Source: Cyanidioschyzon merolae
Lineage: Eukaryota
Strand: one strand, 5' to 3'
DNA length: 64,000 nucleotides
Assembly: GCA_000091205.1 (NCBI GenBank)
Contig: AP006488.2
The notes under the pieces are model-generated. The model saw nothing but the letters and a program-made list of their open reading frames with translations. It ran no database searches and was not told the origin of the DNA. A program made the translations under genes and the position numbers. Position 1 is the stretch's first letter. Every line of letters starts with the position of its first letter. This document shows, piece after piece, positions 22,114 through 33,498 of the stretch.

Positions 22114-22563
22114 ATGGACCTTGACCCGCACACCCGCCCGGGCGACGTCACGAACTCGTGCAGCAGCGGTGTGGAGCACGCGAGGGAAACGGAGATGATA
22201 CAGGCGTGCAACCTGCGTCTCAGCATGCCCGACACTTGTGATACATCTTCGGCGGCGATGCGTTTGTGTTGCAACCACCGCTGCAACCAGCCTATGATAG
22301 ATTTGTTTCAGGATATCAAGGCCAGAGGCATGAGTTCATGGGCTTACGGGGATTTGCTGCAATCATTCGCTGATTCGAGAGGAACTTGCCGCCGAGGCAG
22401 CGGTCATGCGTACGACGCCTGCCGACGGGGCTCGCCTGGTACACCAGCTGCAAGGTGTAAAATTCGGGTTTCACGGTACGGGAGCGTTGTACGGAAAAAA
22501 GACTATTGCCTGCTTCACAGACGCTGTGACGAAGATTCTGCGATGGACGCTGTCGCCAGATAG
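22114..22563 (+). CDS. Hypothetical Cys-rich ORF (weak)
   Basis: 149-aa ORF with no recognisable domain. It is retained only because it fills an otherwise empty interval. Confidence 0.15.
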   Translation: MDLDPHTRPGDVTNSCSSGVEHARETEMIQACNLRLSMPDTCDTSSAAMRLCCNHRCNQPMIDLFQDIKARGMSSWAYGDLLQSFADSRGTCRRGSGHAYDACRRGSPGTPAARCKIRVSRYGSVVRKKDYCLLHRRCDEDSAMDAVAR

Positions 22564-22580
22564 TTGCCACAGGCAGGGGA

Positions 22581-22606
22581 GCTCGCTCGCTCGCTCGCTC
22601 GCTCGC
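22581..22606. repeat. (GCTC)n microsatellite
   Basis: gctcgctcgctcgctcgctcgctcgc read directly. Confidence 0.9.
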
Positions 22607-24377
22607 GTGCTGTTGCCAACAGGATCCGTGATGCAGCTCCCCCGATCATCGCCAAAGCGGCGCTCACTACTGCGATAGACAGTAACATCCTATACAATGT
22701 TACTTCATATCGTGACGCTCATGGAAGAAAGCGAGTGTCAACGGGGAGCTGCTCTGGCTCTAGCCGACAACACGCAAGCGACTGGTGCTCATGCACCGCG
22801 GTTCCTCCTCGGCTCGCATGCACAAAGCCAGGGACCACGCTGTCTCCGCACGGCGGCTCCAGCGAGACGGATCCAGTGCAGAAACAGGCACCACGCCAGG
22901 CTCGACACCCGGAGACTCTTCTAGAAGAACCATCATCCATAAAGTTGCGACCGGTCCGTGGTTTTTGAAAGCAGGGATCTAGAACGGTGTATCCGTTGCT
23001 TCTCCGGATGCTGATAACAATGGCGCATTCGGGAGATCCGCGGTTATATTCATGGACTCCGAACCGTAAAACCCGGAGCTTGAGCGTTCGTGGTGGCGCG
23101 GCGACGCTGAACGTTTCCAAAATATCGTAGCCGTGTTGCGTATCTCTCAAGCAAATCGAGGAAAAGCTATGGGGTCACTGAGCCCGACCAGACTTTCCTG
23201 AATTCGCAAACGCTACCGAGCACGAAGGAATATACTTCAACTTCGTTGACAACGTCGCATCTTGCCTTCAACACCAGAAGCGTATTCCCTTCTGGTATAG
23301 AGGCCGGTTCGATCAAGCGACTCGGCAGGCGCTGCTCAGGAACAGACTGGCGCTGTGATGCCTCGATCCAGCGCCAGCTCAAAGCGCACAGGGCCCGCCA
23401 CACGGCGAACACGCATCCTTCGTTGGCGCCCGTGGAAGCTGGACAGGCAGCCAGTCAGGAAGAGCCGCTGTCGGCGGCGCGGCACACTGGAGAAACTCAG
23501 CGACTAGCGCAATAACTGTGCTTTAGGTGCGTTGTTCTCGCGATTGCGTCCAGAGTAATCGAAATCGATGCGCGTTATCGGATTCCGGTGGGAATGCCCC
23601 AGCTTGGTGCGTATTCTCAGCGTTGAGGCCAGGATAGCACGTGTCCCGATACCGCTTGTGCCCCGCACCATGCCGACCTATACGTCATGCGGACGCATCC
23701 GAGCATGTCCAAAACAATACACATTCTTTGGGATATCACTCGCTACCGATCGAACGTAGCTATCGGTGAAGCGCATGCGATCTGCACGACGATGCAAAAG
23801 CGCACACCAGAGGCCTCACCTCGGGACACGTTGCACGTTTTCAGCAGACACCACCGACGCATCCCAATATGGATCCAAAGAGCACGCGTCCCGCCAGAGA
23901 CCATCTGGATCGGATGCGAAAAAGAACGAACCGGCCAACAGAAGCACCCGTAGCTTGTTTGCGTTGTTCTGTCCTGTGCGTGCTGGCACTCGATCCACCG
24001 CGATCCCGCCGCCAGTAAAGTGCGCCCCGGGCAACAATGCGCCGCCGATGCCGATGCCGCCGCCATCACACGCGGTTTGCGGTGAACAGCGGCCGGCGAT
24101 GCACCGCATGCGTGACGCGTGTGTGTGCCTGAGACGCGCGGTCCGCTCAGCGCGCGCCGCATCCGCAGCCTGCGATCATGTACGGCCGAGCGCGCACGCT
24201 GCCTGCAACACGGAGGCGATTTATCTCGCTACTTGATTCACGGCGGATCATGGACGAAAAGGACTGTCGAGATGCTGGGTGCGACGAACATCTTCGTTGC
24301 GCTCCGCCATACAAAATTTTTTCTATGTGTTTCTACAATAAACAATACATTGCCGTCGTTGTGTTTTAGCTGAGGTC

Positions 24378-25466
24378 TTGAAGATGACTGGGTTCTTACA
24401 CAGCGCAAAGTTGTTTTTCCTGTCAAGCTCGCAACGCGCGGGTCTTGAGAAGGGCGAGTTTTCTGAGGTACAGGCCGAGTGGGAGGCGAAGCTGCGGCGC
24501 ACCATGCGGCACGCCGAGCGGCTGGAGGAGGGTCTCACGCAAGTGACACCGGCCTGGAAGTCGGTCATAAAGTCTGTGCGAACGACGACGAGGAACGCGA
24601 AAGTGAAAGTGGCGAAAGGGACCGGTCGTAGAAAGCAGGTCGTGGAAGACTCGTTCCATGACGTAGACCCCGGGTACCTTGAGTTTGTGCAGCTGTCAGA
24701 GGAAGCGCTGAGCGCACTCGAGAGCCTGTGTGGGCGCGAGCTCTTCACGGGCGGCACGACGCTGTCGCATATGCTCAGCGAGGTACGCCAGTACATCGAG
24801 GGATGCCGCACACTCATCACCTACATTGGACAAGACGTAGAGAACGCCCGTCTGGAGTTTGACCACTACTACAACAAGTGCGAAGCGCTGAGTCAGCGCG
24901 CTCGTCAGCGTCGTTTGACAGAGGCGGAATCAGAGCGCATGATTCGGAATCGCGTGAAACTCGAACGCGCCCGCGATCGTTACGTTGCTCGCAAGCGCAA
25001 CTACGTCGACAGCGCGCGTGCGATGTACTACAAGTATCCACCGCTGTGTCGCGCCGTGTTGGCCGCACTGTGGTCATACCAGATGAGGGCATCGGAAGCG
25101 TTTCAGGAAGTTTCGGAAATGGTCGAGCAACATGTCTCGAACAATATTGAGCTGGCGAAGACGATCGATGTGCAGAGCATGGCGCCGGCGATTGCGGAAG
25201 AGGACAAAGAGGTCAAGCATGATGACCCCGAGATTCCGCTGACGTCCTACGAAGCAGCGACCAAGTTTGAGAAAAACGTATCGGAGGTGCCGCTGCCGCC
25301 TGGCTGGGAGGAACGCATCGATCCGGCTACCGGGCGCATCTTTTACATCTCGCATGCGGAGAAGAAGACGAGCTGGGTACCGCCGACGCCGCCAAAGTAC
25401 GAGAAGGCGCTTAAGGCACCGAAGCCGCATATTGAAAAAATGACGCCAGAGTCAGTACGTGTCTGA
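24378..25466 (+). CDS. WW-domain protein with N-terminal coiled-coil/BAR-like region
   Basis: 362-aa ORF. The C-terminal LPPGWEERIDPATGRIFYISHAEKKTSWVPP is a canonical WW domain (W...G..YY/F..H.....W..P). Upstream is a ~250-aa helical region. Confidence 0.65.
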   Translation: MKMTGFLHSAKLFFLSSSQRAGLEKGEFSEVQAEWEAKLRRTMRHAERLEEGLTQVTPAWKSVIKSVRTTTRNAKVKVAKGTGRRKQVVEDSFHDVDPGYLEFVQLSEEALSALESLCGRELFTGGTTLSHMLSEVRQYIEGCRTLITYIGQDVENARLEFDHYYNKCEALSQRARQRRLTEAESERMIRNRVKLERARDRYVARKRNYVDSARAMYYKYPPLCRAVLAALWSYQMRASEAFQEVSEMVEQHVSNNIELAKTIDVQSMAPAIAEEDKEVKHDDPEIPLTSYEAATKFEKNVSEVPLPPGWEERIDPATGRIFYISHAEKKTSWVPPTPPKYEKALKAPKPHIEKMTPESVRV

Positions 25467-26858
25467 AATCGGATTGACAGGGACAGATGTAACAGCAAAC
25501 GCCGGCACGATGGGCGTCATTGGAACATGATGAGCACCGCGGCATGCTTTTCAGTTTGGAGAGCATCGCGAATACATGACGAACCCCGGGAGGACACGTG
25601 TATTTCATTGGCACCATCGTGAGGTGCAAGGTTTCAAAGATAAAAGTTGAGATGTTTCAGTCATAGAGTCAGGTATGCCAGTGCCAGAATGACATGCGGC
25701 GTGGAACATGTCCTCGAAATCGGGCGCTCACGCGAAATTTGAGTCTCTTTCTGCTGTCATGGAGAACAGGCTCTTGGGGGCTTTGTCGGCGACTGCTTCC
25801 CTTTCCTCCCTCGTATCTCCAGCGTTCAATGCCGCGGTCTGTCCTTGGCTTTCGGACCCGCTGTCCGCAGTCGCAGGATGTCGATGGCAGCGCCAAAGAC
25901 TCGCTTTCGGTGTCTCTTGATGTTGTAGATGCATTACGTGCACAGAGAGAACTTGGGATCTACGCTTCGTTTCCTATTTTCCTCTGATTGTTATCTGGCC
26001 TCAGTGCACCCTTCGCAGAGATGACACTTGTCCGTGGTGAGACGTTCCCATGTGTCCACCATGCTTCTCCTTCTCCGTGCGCCGCCCTGCCGCGCATTAT
26101 TGAAAACTTGAAGAATGCGTAATTCGAGCTCGCTCAATGTAAGCAGCAGGAGAAGCGTGGACGCCTGTATGTATGAATCAATAAAAAAATATCGGCGTTT
26201 TTTGTTGTAAAACACCTTGCTCGATGCCGTCGCGGATCATCTCGATGACGATAACGTAACGAATGCCATGGATGAACTGTCGCGGGATCCATTCCGAAAG
26301 CATCACCCGAAACCCTAAACCCTAACATGAAACCGTTATAACCCGTTGATGTTCTTACAATGCGGATGCTGTTCATTGCAAACAACCTCCAAAAGTCTCC
26401 AAATGCAAGAATAGAGCGAGCTCCTCCGTGCCCCGTTTGAACCTGGGTTCGCTGGAGGTGCCACTGGTACACCGACCGGGGCTCCAGTCGGGCACTCGCC
26501 TTGAAGCCAAACTGCATCGCTGCTCCAGGAGAACCCTACCACTAAACCGACGCTCAAAAAGCCTCCACGAAACCGTCCGCCCTCCGAACAGCATTGTCGA
26601 CGACGCTAACGCCCGATCGCAACGAGCACCCAGCGTACGCGCTGCACTCTGTAGACCGGTGCTGTCGTCAGAGGGAACGAAAACCAGGCTCTCATTTGGA
26701 ATGGCTGATTCGACGTTCACGGAACAGAGAAGCGTCTAGAGACGTACCTCACATCCGCGTTCTTGGTTCCCAAATATCCAGCCCACATCCAGAGAATAGG
26801 CAGATGACCCCCGGGATCGTCCACGACCAGGTACCAATGCAGCGTTTGAGCTATCGAC

Positions 26859-28451
26859 GTGCGTGCGTGCATGCGTGCGTGCATCCCGTGTCACGCGCGT
26901 CACGCGGGCGACCAGCGCGCCGGTCGAATCCAGCGAAAGCGCGCTGCAGCGGCAGCTCTAGTATTCAGGGGGCTTCTTGCGCTGACAACAGGTTTTTTCG
27001 GGCTGCATCGAACAGTGTTGCCGGTGAATCTAGCGTCCAATTCAGTGGACTGTGCGAGGTCTATAAGTACACCCATGGACTGGAGTTTGAATGGTGTCGG
27101 AGATGACGCGGACTTCCGTGCGCGACGGGGGCGTTACGCTGGTGCCGCTGGCGCTGCGGTGCCGGTGGTGGCGTTCGCGGTACCGCCGGCGCACCTGCAG
27201 CTCCGCAAGAACCTGACACCCAACGCTTGTACGGTGCCTTTTCGTCGAAAGGGTCGTGTACTTGGGAGTCGGCGCTGTTTTGTGGTGGCAGAGTCTGACT
27301 ACGCGGCGGACGACGACTCCGAGACAAGCTATTCTGGTACAACAAATCACGGGTATGCGCAGCCGGGTACCGCGCGAGGTTTTGGGGTATTCACGCGCAG
27401 TCAGGACAGCGAACTAGAGCGTGGACGAGGACGGAGGCAGCAGGCATATCGGTTGCTGTCGGATAGTCGCACGTTTCGGTTCTACGACTATCTGAGAGAG
27501 GCGCACTTTCCAAAAGTTGCGCTAGCTGAGGTTCCAGTGGATGGTGCGTCGTCGTTGAAGATGCGCGGGCTCGTTGCTACCGCAGCCATTCGAGCTGGCG
27601 AGGTCATCTGTCGGATACCTCGTCGGCTTGCTATCTGTCTGGGTAGCGAGGGTGAGAACCCCGGTTTGCCCGCACTCCATCTCTTGCGCATGATGACGGA
27701 CGGCGAGGCCGTGCACAAGTATAAGGCGTACTTTGACGTTTTGCCGCGCCCGGAAATGTGCCAAATGACTACCGACTTCTATAACGATGAGGAACTGGGG
27801 CAAATTGCGCACACACCGACTGTTGAGGAGACGCGGCGACGTCGACAGCAGTTGCGAGACACCTTCCTGCAGGAGTTCCTTCGAACGGGAGCGGATTATC
27901 TGCATCCCCAGGTGGCTGCCCAAAATCTTGATCATATGCCAGAGTTTCAGCGTTATCTATGGGCTGTGCACTTAGTCGTCAGCCGGGCGTTAGCAGTGCG
28001 CACGGGCGACGAGGCTCAGCGCTACCTCATCCCGCTCCTCGACATGATCAACTGCCGTATGGATTCGAAACACGAGCTTCGTTACCGTATTGCAACTGAT
28101 GAATTCGTACTCATCGCTGGTGAATCTGTGCGGCGCTCGGAGGAGATTCGCATCCCATATGGCGGGGGTTTCGTCAGCAACGATCGACTCATTCAAGATT
28201 ATGGGTTTATCGTTGAACGGAACCCCGCCGATCTGTTGCTCTTCCTTCCTCGACATTGTGTCCAACGGGCGGACCTCCTGTCCTCCGAGGAACGCGAAAA
28301 CGTCCGCCAAGAATGCGCGGCGGTACTTGCGCGGCAGCAACAGGTTCTTAGTGTTCCGTCCGAGCGCATTCGTGCCTTTAATCGAGCTGTCGTGGACGCC
28401 GCTCGAAAATGCATTGAGTTGCTGGAAACCGCCGAAGAAATTCAGTCTTGA
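26859..28451 (+). CDS. SET-domain lysine methyltransferase, Rubisco LSMT/SETD-like; start probably internal (~27075)
   Basis: LKMRGLVATAAIRAGEVICRIPRRLAI (SET N-terminal), YLIPLLDMINCRMDSKHEL, EIRIPYGGGFVSNDRLIQDYGFIVERNP (SET C-terminal and LSMT-type signature), followed by a Rubisco-LSMT-like substrate-binding region. The first ~70 codons overlap a GCGT/GCAT-rich simple repeat and are probably not coding. Confidence 0.7.
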   Translation: MRACMRACIPCHARHAGDQRAGRIQRKRAAAAALVFRGLLALTTGFFGLHRTVLPVNLASNSVDCARSISTPMDWSLNGVGDDADFRARRGRYAGAAGAAVPVVAFAVPPAHLQLRKNLTPNACTVPFRRKGRVLGSRRCFVVAESDYAADDDSETSYSGTTNHGYAQPGTARGFGVFTRSQDSELERGRGRRQQAYRLLSDSRTFRFYDYLREAHFPKVALAEVPVDGASSLKMRGLVATAAIRAGEVICRIPRRLAICLGSEGENPGLPALHLLRMMTDGEAVHKYKAYFDVLPRPEMCQMTTDFYNDEELGQIAHTPTVEETRRRRQQLRDTFLQEFLRTGADYLHPQVAAQNLDHMPEFQRYLWAVHLVVSRALAVRTGDEAQRYLIPLLDMINCRMDSKHELRYRIATDEFVLIAGESVRRSEEIRIPYGGGFVSNDRLIQDYGFIVERNPADLLLFLPRHCVQRADLLSSEERENVRQECAAVLARQQQVLSVPSERIRAFNRAVVDAARKCIELLETAEEIQS

Positions 28452-29662
28452 ACTGATGGACGCGTCTCGTTACGGGCTGTGGCGCAGCTGCTGCGGCATC
28501 CGCACCGCCTCTGGGTCTTGAAAATATCTTTCGGGTGCGAATCGAAAAACGGCGTCAAAGCGAATCTCGAGCTGGTTTCATGACCAGCGCTATTTGCTCA
28601 TACATCGGTTGCTGTTTGCGGCAGGCGTGAGCATCTTGATATGCCGAAGAGCCTGCATCGTTCATGGGCATCGTCGGCAGCGGCACCGATAGGCGCTGCG
28701 GTAGAAGCAACTACGTTGTGCGAATCGTAGCTCACTGCAAGGTTCACTGAAAAATCTCTTGTCAGTGATGTTGCACCCAGTGCATCACATGGCGTTTCCA
28801 TAGCGCCATAAGATGCTCCGCGTGGCGGTATCGCGTGTATGCAGTGCCGCGCGCACGCCAGCCTCGAGAACCCTCGCACCGCCCGGTGCTGGCGTCACGC
28901 CTGAGCGGCTCTGTGCAGGCACGGCGTCGGTGTAACAGTCACTTTTGTGTGCATGTAGGTTTGTGGGAGTGTAATTCTATGCGTATGTGCGTTTGTTTGC
29001 ACTTGCGTGTTTGTCCTGATTATAAACGTTTCCTGCACTGCCGAGGGTGCAAACAATAGCTGCACGGTACACGCTGGAAGCGGTTTGTGATGCGCACAGA
29101 CTTTGCATCGTGACTCGACAAGATGAATGCGTTCCGTTGCGCACGGCAACAGAGCACGAGCTGCGTCACCAGCGTGTTACAGAGGCGAGCGAGGAGCGGG
29201 CTCCGTGCCTGGCGTCGTCACGCGTGGCGTCATGCGATGTGTTCGCGTTGCTAGCGAATCCTTAGCATGGCACAACACACAAGCATATATGTATATACAT
29301 ACACGCGTGCGTACCCGTCTACCAGACGCAGGAAAGAAAAGAGATGCAAGCATGGTCGTTTGGGTATGAGCGGCGCGGTCGCGGGCGGTACGCGTCTCGA
29401 ACACAGTCCAGAGGACGCCCGACTCCACAGTTGCATGACCTGTCCGGGTCGTGGCAGCAGCAACAATTTTCCATCCCCTATAAGCGTACTGAAAGCAAGG
29501 CCCGCCGACATTCTTCGTTTACCTGATGCTCGCCGGAACGCCCCCAAACAATGTCGCACACGGGATGCAACGCGGTGTGCTGGCCCTTGCATCGGCCGCG
29601 ATTCTGAGGCGAGAAACGCGCCCCACAAAGGTCCTTTCATGTGCGTTTGTGTCTGTGCCGAT

Positions 29663-30976
29663 TCACGCTTTGGGTTGCATATCGATGGTCTCGAGCTCTT
29701 TGGCAAGCTGCGCCATTCGCGTACCCTGCGCAGCTGCTTTGACTGCTGCTTTCATTTTGTTGCGTTTCGCCTCCTGCATGGCCCTCAGACCTGCTGTGCT
29801 AGAGAGACTAGCGACCGACAATGTATTTGACGTGCACCAGGGATGCTTCAGTGCCTCCTCAGCCGAGAGGCGTTGTTCCGGGTTCACCTGGAGCAGTGCC
29901 CGAACCAATTCCTTGGCGTCATCGCTGACTTGTGCCCATTCGGATTCTCGGAATTTGTATTGCGCTCGTACGATGCGGCGCATGATTTCGTAGTCGTCTT
30001 TTCCGTAAAAAGGCATTTTTCCACTCAACATGATAAAAAGAATCACACCAGCGCTCCAGCAATCTACCTTGCTCGTGTAAGGTTGATGTTTGACGATCTC
30101 GGGCGCTACGTAGCCCGGTGTACCAATACAGGTTCGCATGAGCGCTTCTGTGCCCTTGCCAATCACGTTCGCCAGACCAAAGTCGGCGATTTTCAGGTGC
30201 ATTTTGGAAAGCGGCGCAGTCGGGTCTGTCGTCAAGAGGTTCTCTGGTTTGAGATCACGGTGTGCAATGCCGCGGCTATGCAGGTACGCAACGCCGCGCA
30301 TCAACTGCCGAAACACGTGAGCGGCATCGCGCTCACTAAACGCACCAGCCACGGCGATGCGGTCAAAGAGTTCACCGCCTTTCATTTTCTCCATGACGAT
30401 GTAGATGGCATCCGGCGCATCATAGATATCGTAAGTCTCGACACAATTCGGGTGTTGGACCGTCAATAGAATATGAACCTCTCGCGCGAGCAGGGCAAAG
30501 TCCGCCGGGTCTAAACTCGCCTTTCGAATAACTTTCACTGCTGCCTGCTCACCGGTGACTTTGTCGTAGGCGTCGTAGACGACGGCGAACGCACCTTCCC
30601 CGATCTTGCTGCCAAGCTCATAATCGCGCTCAAACGAGCGGCTCACTGCTTGGCTGAGGGCCACGAACCAGTCCTCTGCCTCTTTGTCGGAGGGGGCCAC
30701 GAACTCCAACTTTCGCTCGGTGGTCGTGATGCGGAATCCACGTTTACCCACGCGCTCTAGCTGTGCGCCGAGGATGTTCAGTCTCCAGGTCGGCTCGAAG
30801 GCTTCGCGACTCGTGTAGTTGCTGAGCGTGGAGCCGGCTGCCACCATCCAGCGTTTCGTTGAGGAAAACGTTCGACACTTTTTCTGGACGTAGCCACGGT
30901 ACTGAGCGGGTGCCCCGTGGCGCATCGTCACCTGGCGCACATTGTCCATGGCTGACATCGCGCTCAACCGGTACAC
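29663..30976 (-). CDS. Ser/Thr protein kinase, CaMK-like catalytic domain with N-terminal PH-like domain
   Basis: PH-like region: YVQKKCRTFSSTKRWMVAAGSTLSNY...RITTTERKLEFVAPSDKEAEDWFVALSQAV. Kinase subdomains: GEGAFAVVY, AVKVIRK, HRDLKPENLL, DFGLA, GTPGYVAPE, DCWSAGVILFIMLSG. Confidence 0.9.
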   Translation of the reverse strand: MYRLSAMSAMDNVRQVTMRHGAPAQYRGYVQKKCRTFSSTKRWMVAAGSTLSNYTSREAFEPTWRLNILGAQLERVGKRGFRITTTERKLEFVAPSDKEAEDWFVALSQAVSRSFERDYELGSKIGEGAFAVVYDAYDKVTGEQAAVKVIRKASLDPADFALLAREVHILLTVQHPNCVETYDIYDAPDAIYIVMEKMKGGELFDRIAVAGAFSERDAAHVFRQLMRGVAYLHSRGIAHRDLKPENLLTTDPTAPLSKMHLKIADFGLANVIGKGTEALMRTCIGTPGYVAPEIVKHQPYTSKVDCWSAGVILFIMLSGKMPFYGKDDYEIMRRIVRAQYKFRESEWAQVSDDAKELVRALLQVNPEQRLSAEEALKHPWCTSNTLSVASLSSTAGLRAMQEAKRNKMKAAVKAAAQGTRMAQLAKELETIDMQPKA

Positions 30977-31533
30977 GTTCCGCGAGTCGCAGCGTCACCC
31001 GACGTGCGTTTTCGCTCTGTGCTGCGCAGCACCGTGCCGTGTCCCGGCCTGCCGTACTGGAAGCGCTGCTATCCGTCGTGCCGCTCAGGGAGTATCCTCG
31101 CCGATGCGCGCCTGCGTCCAAAGAAGCAGCATCTCAGATTCTCGACATATATGGACTAATCGGCATTCAGCATATCGCCCGCAATGCCGAGAGCCAACGC
31201 TACCGAATACTATCGCCAGGGGCAAAGCACATGCGGCAAACAAGGAGCGATACGAACGCTTCATGTATGGCGCACGAAAAGAAAGCGTTGCAAAGCATGA
31301 CGTCCGCTCCAGTATCGATGTCGTTTGCGTATGTGCGGTGAATCGCAAGTGAGATGGCGAATATGTGCCGAGTGCGCAACTCGACCCTGATCGCGCGAGC
31401 ATCCCTGTCTAACCGCGTGTTTTCGTACTTGTACGAATGATGATACTTTTCTTTTCAACGACACTGCTCGGGATCAGCACGGATACACACTGAGAAGATG
31501 TAGTCGACTGTGAGCCCAAGTGACACCACGATA

Positions 31534-31568
31534 CCGACCGACCGACCGACCGACCGACCGACCGACCG
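31534..31568. repeat. (CCGA)n microsatellite
   Basis: ccgaccgaccgaccgaccgaccgaccgaccgaccgg read directly. Confidence 0.9.
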
Positions 31569-32579
31569 GAACTGCTGCCGATACGAGCAGCAAAGCTCCG
31601 GGTGGCATCCCGGCGTCGTTTTCATATCCAGTGCCTTGGTCGAGGGTGAAACCACCAGCTTTATGCTTCGACTGTGAATGTTTATGGTTTATAAGCGTGT
31701 TCGTGAATATGAAAAGGCAGCCTGGGGGGAATCACGGTTTCCAATGGAATACGCGTTTCAGCGAATACTCTGTTGACTGCGCAACGTACCAACAGACATA
31801 CTCCGAATGCAGCATCAAACTCGTAGTAGAGAAGATACGATCTATACCATCAACATTGCGGACTCGGTGACTCGGCATTGGCTGCTGAACGGATGAGACG
31901 CATGCGCGACGCTCGTGCAGGTACCAGGTTCCGCCGGCGCCTCCTTGAACACTGCTACTGCAATCGAGACGAGTCGCTCGAAGTACCAAGTGATTCCGGA
32001 CAGCGCGCACCATTCATGCATGATGACCATCTGCCACGTACGAAAGCCGCAGAACTAACTTCGGCAGCACACTTCATCTTCAAAGCGCGCATTCTTGAAA
32101 CGCAGTGCAGTCGCTGCCCGAAAATCAGCGCGCTCGTCTGGCAACGCCTCGAACTCGACTGAGGTTACAGCCATAGCTGACGCCAGTCAGCATACTGCAC
32201 CACCGTACCACAAGCACTGAACTACGACCGATCACCAGACTGGAGGGACGCGATCAGCGGTTCGCACCCGACACCCGTGTCGCTGCAAGTCTGCAGGGCG
32301 ACAGCGCCGGTGTCCTCACGACCTGGGTCCACGCGCAACAACCGTCGCCAGACGCTCGCCGTCATCATCCTCGCCACTATTCATTCCAAGTGCCCAGTCG
32401 TAGCTTCCGAAAGAGTAACAGCGTCTTGGAAACAAATACCAAGTAACCTGATGGAAGAATGCTCCAGCATCAAACGATAGCACAGCAGCGCTGCCTACGC
32501 TCTGCGCGGGGAATGAAACGACCACAGCGCTTCCATTTCGCGCCAACGTCGTTTTCGCTGCGACTTCCACAGCTTCGCT

Positions 32580-33344
32580 ATGGGCTGCTGTGGAAGTTGC
32601 CTCTATAGAGCCTCTACCTTGGTCTCTTACCGAAGAAAACCAAAACGTCGACCATGGAGAAGGGTGTTTCTCACAGAAGATGCCGACATACTGGAGTATA
32701 GCGGGGGTTTTCACTGGGTCGAGGCGCCCAAGGCATCTGGGCGCCCGCTCAGCGCTTCCCACGGGGCACAGTGGCCCCAGGCTGGGGTCTTCGCACAGTG
32801 CTCACAGGGCACACCCAATATCACTGGGTCGCTACAATTGAATGATCGAAATGAATGTAGCAACGACGATGATAATGAGACCCCGGCGGCTGACCGTCCC
32901 GTTGAGTGGCCGCTGTCCAGGCAGCTGGACCGGGTCTCGAGGGCCGCAGCCAGGCGCCGCGACCGCACTCTGGAACCTTCGCACTGTACACGAAGACGTT
33001 TACAGAATGTTGCAAGTAGCTCGTCGAGCTCGACTTTTATGGCTCATCCCGAGGAGGCAGGAAGCGTGACGGAGTCGAGTTTGGCTGAGGCCGCTCATCG
33101 ACGGGGTCTGTTTCAGGAGTGCCCAGTCACCGAGCGCGTGCTCCCATGCAGTCGAGACCGAGAAGCGCCCCATGTGCCTGCCCGCGCAGACCCGCTAGTG
33201 CCGACGGAGAGCGGGTTTCCGGCACGAACGCCTGAATGGCGTCGGTGGTTGCGCGAGCATCCATCAGACGCTGAGGATGACGGCGAGGAATCCTTACCAC
33301 CGGTGGTGCGACGGCTGGAGTTTGCGGATCAGTCACCTCGGTGA
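32580..33344 (+). CDS. Hypothetical low-complexity protein with N-terminal MGCCGSC (putative N-myristoylation/palmitoylation motif)
   Basis: 254-aa ORF. The N-terminus MGCCGS fits the MGxxxS/T myristoylation consensus with adjacent Cys residues. The remainder is Ser/Arg/Pro-rich, and an overlapping antisense ORF (32316-32762) is an alternative. Confidence 0.3.
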   Translation: MGCCGSCLYRASTLVSYRRKPKRRPWRRVFLTEDADILEYSGGFHWVEAPKASGRPLSASHGAQWPQAGVFAQCSQGTPNITGSLQLNDRNECSNDDDNETPAADRPVEWPLSRQLDRVSRAAARRRDRTLEPSHCTRRRLQNVASSSSSSTFMAHPEEAGSVTESSLAEAAHRRGLFQECPVTERVLPCSRDREAPHVPARADPLVPTESGFPARTPEWRRWLREHPSDAEDDGEESLPPVVRRLEFADQSPR

Positions 33345-33498
33345 AACAGGTTGACCATGCTGTGCGCACATCGCACCAAGATAACGAAGCATATGCGTAT
33401 TTATGCGCAATGGGGATACGAGTTCGCAGCGCTCACGTCATATTTGCCAAAGTGTTTGCAGAGACAAGGTCATCGATAGCGAACTGGGTGCCAAATGA

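Noticed and set aside
26306-26321. Telomere-like motif aaccctaaaccctaac (CCCTAAA-type)
   Set aside because: It has only two units embedded in unique sequence. That is too short to call an interstitial telomeric array and is likely chance.
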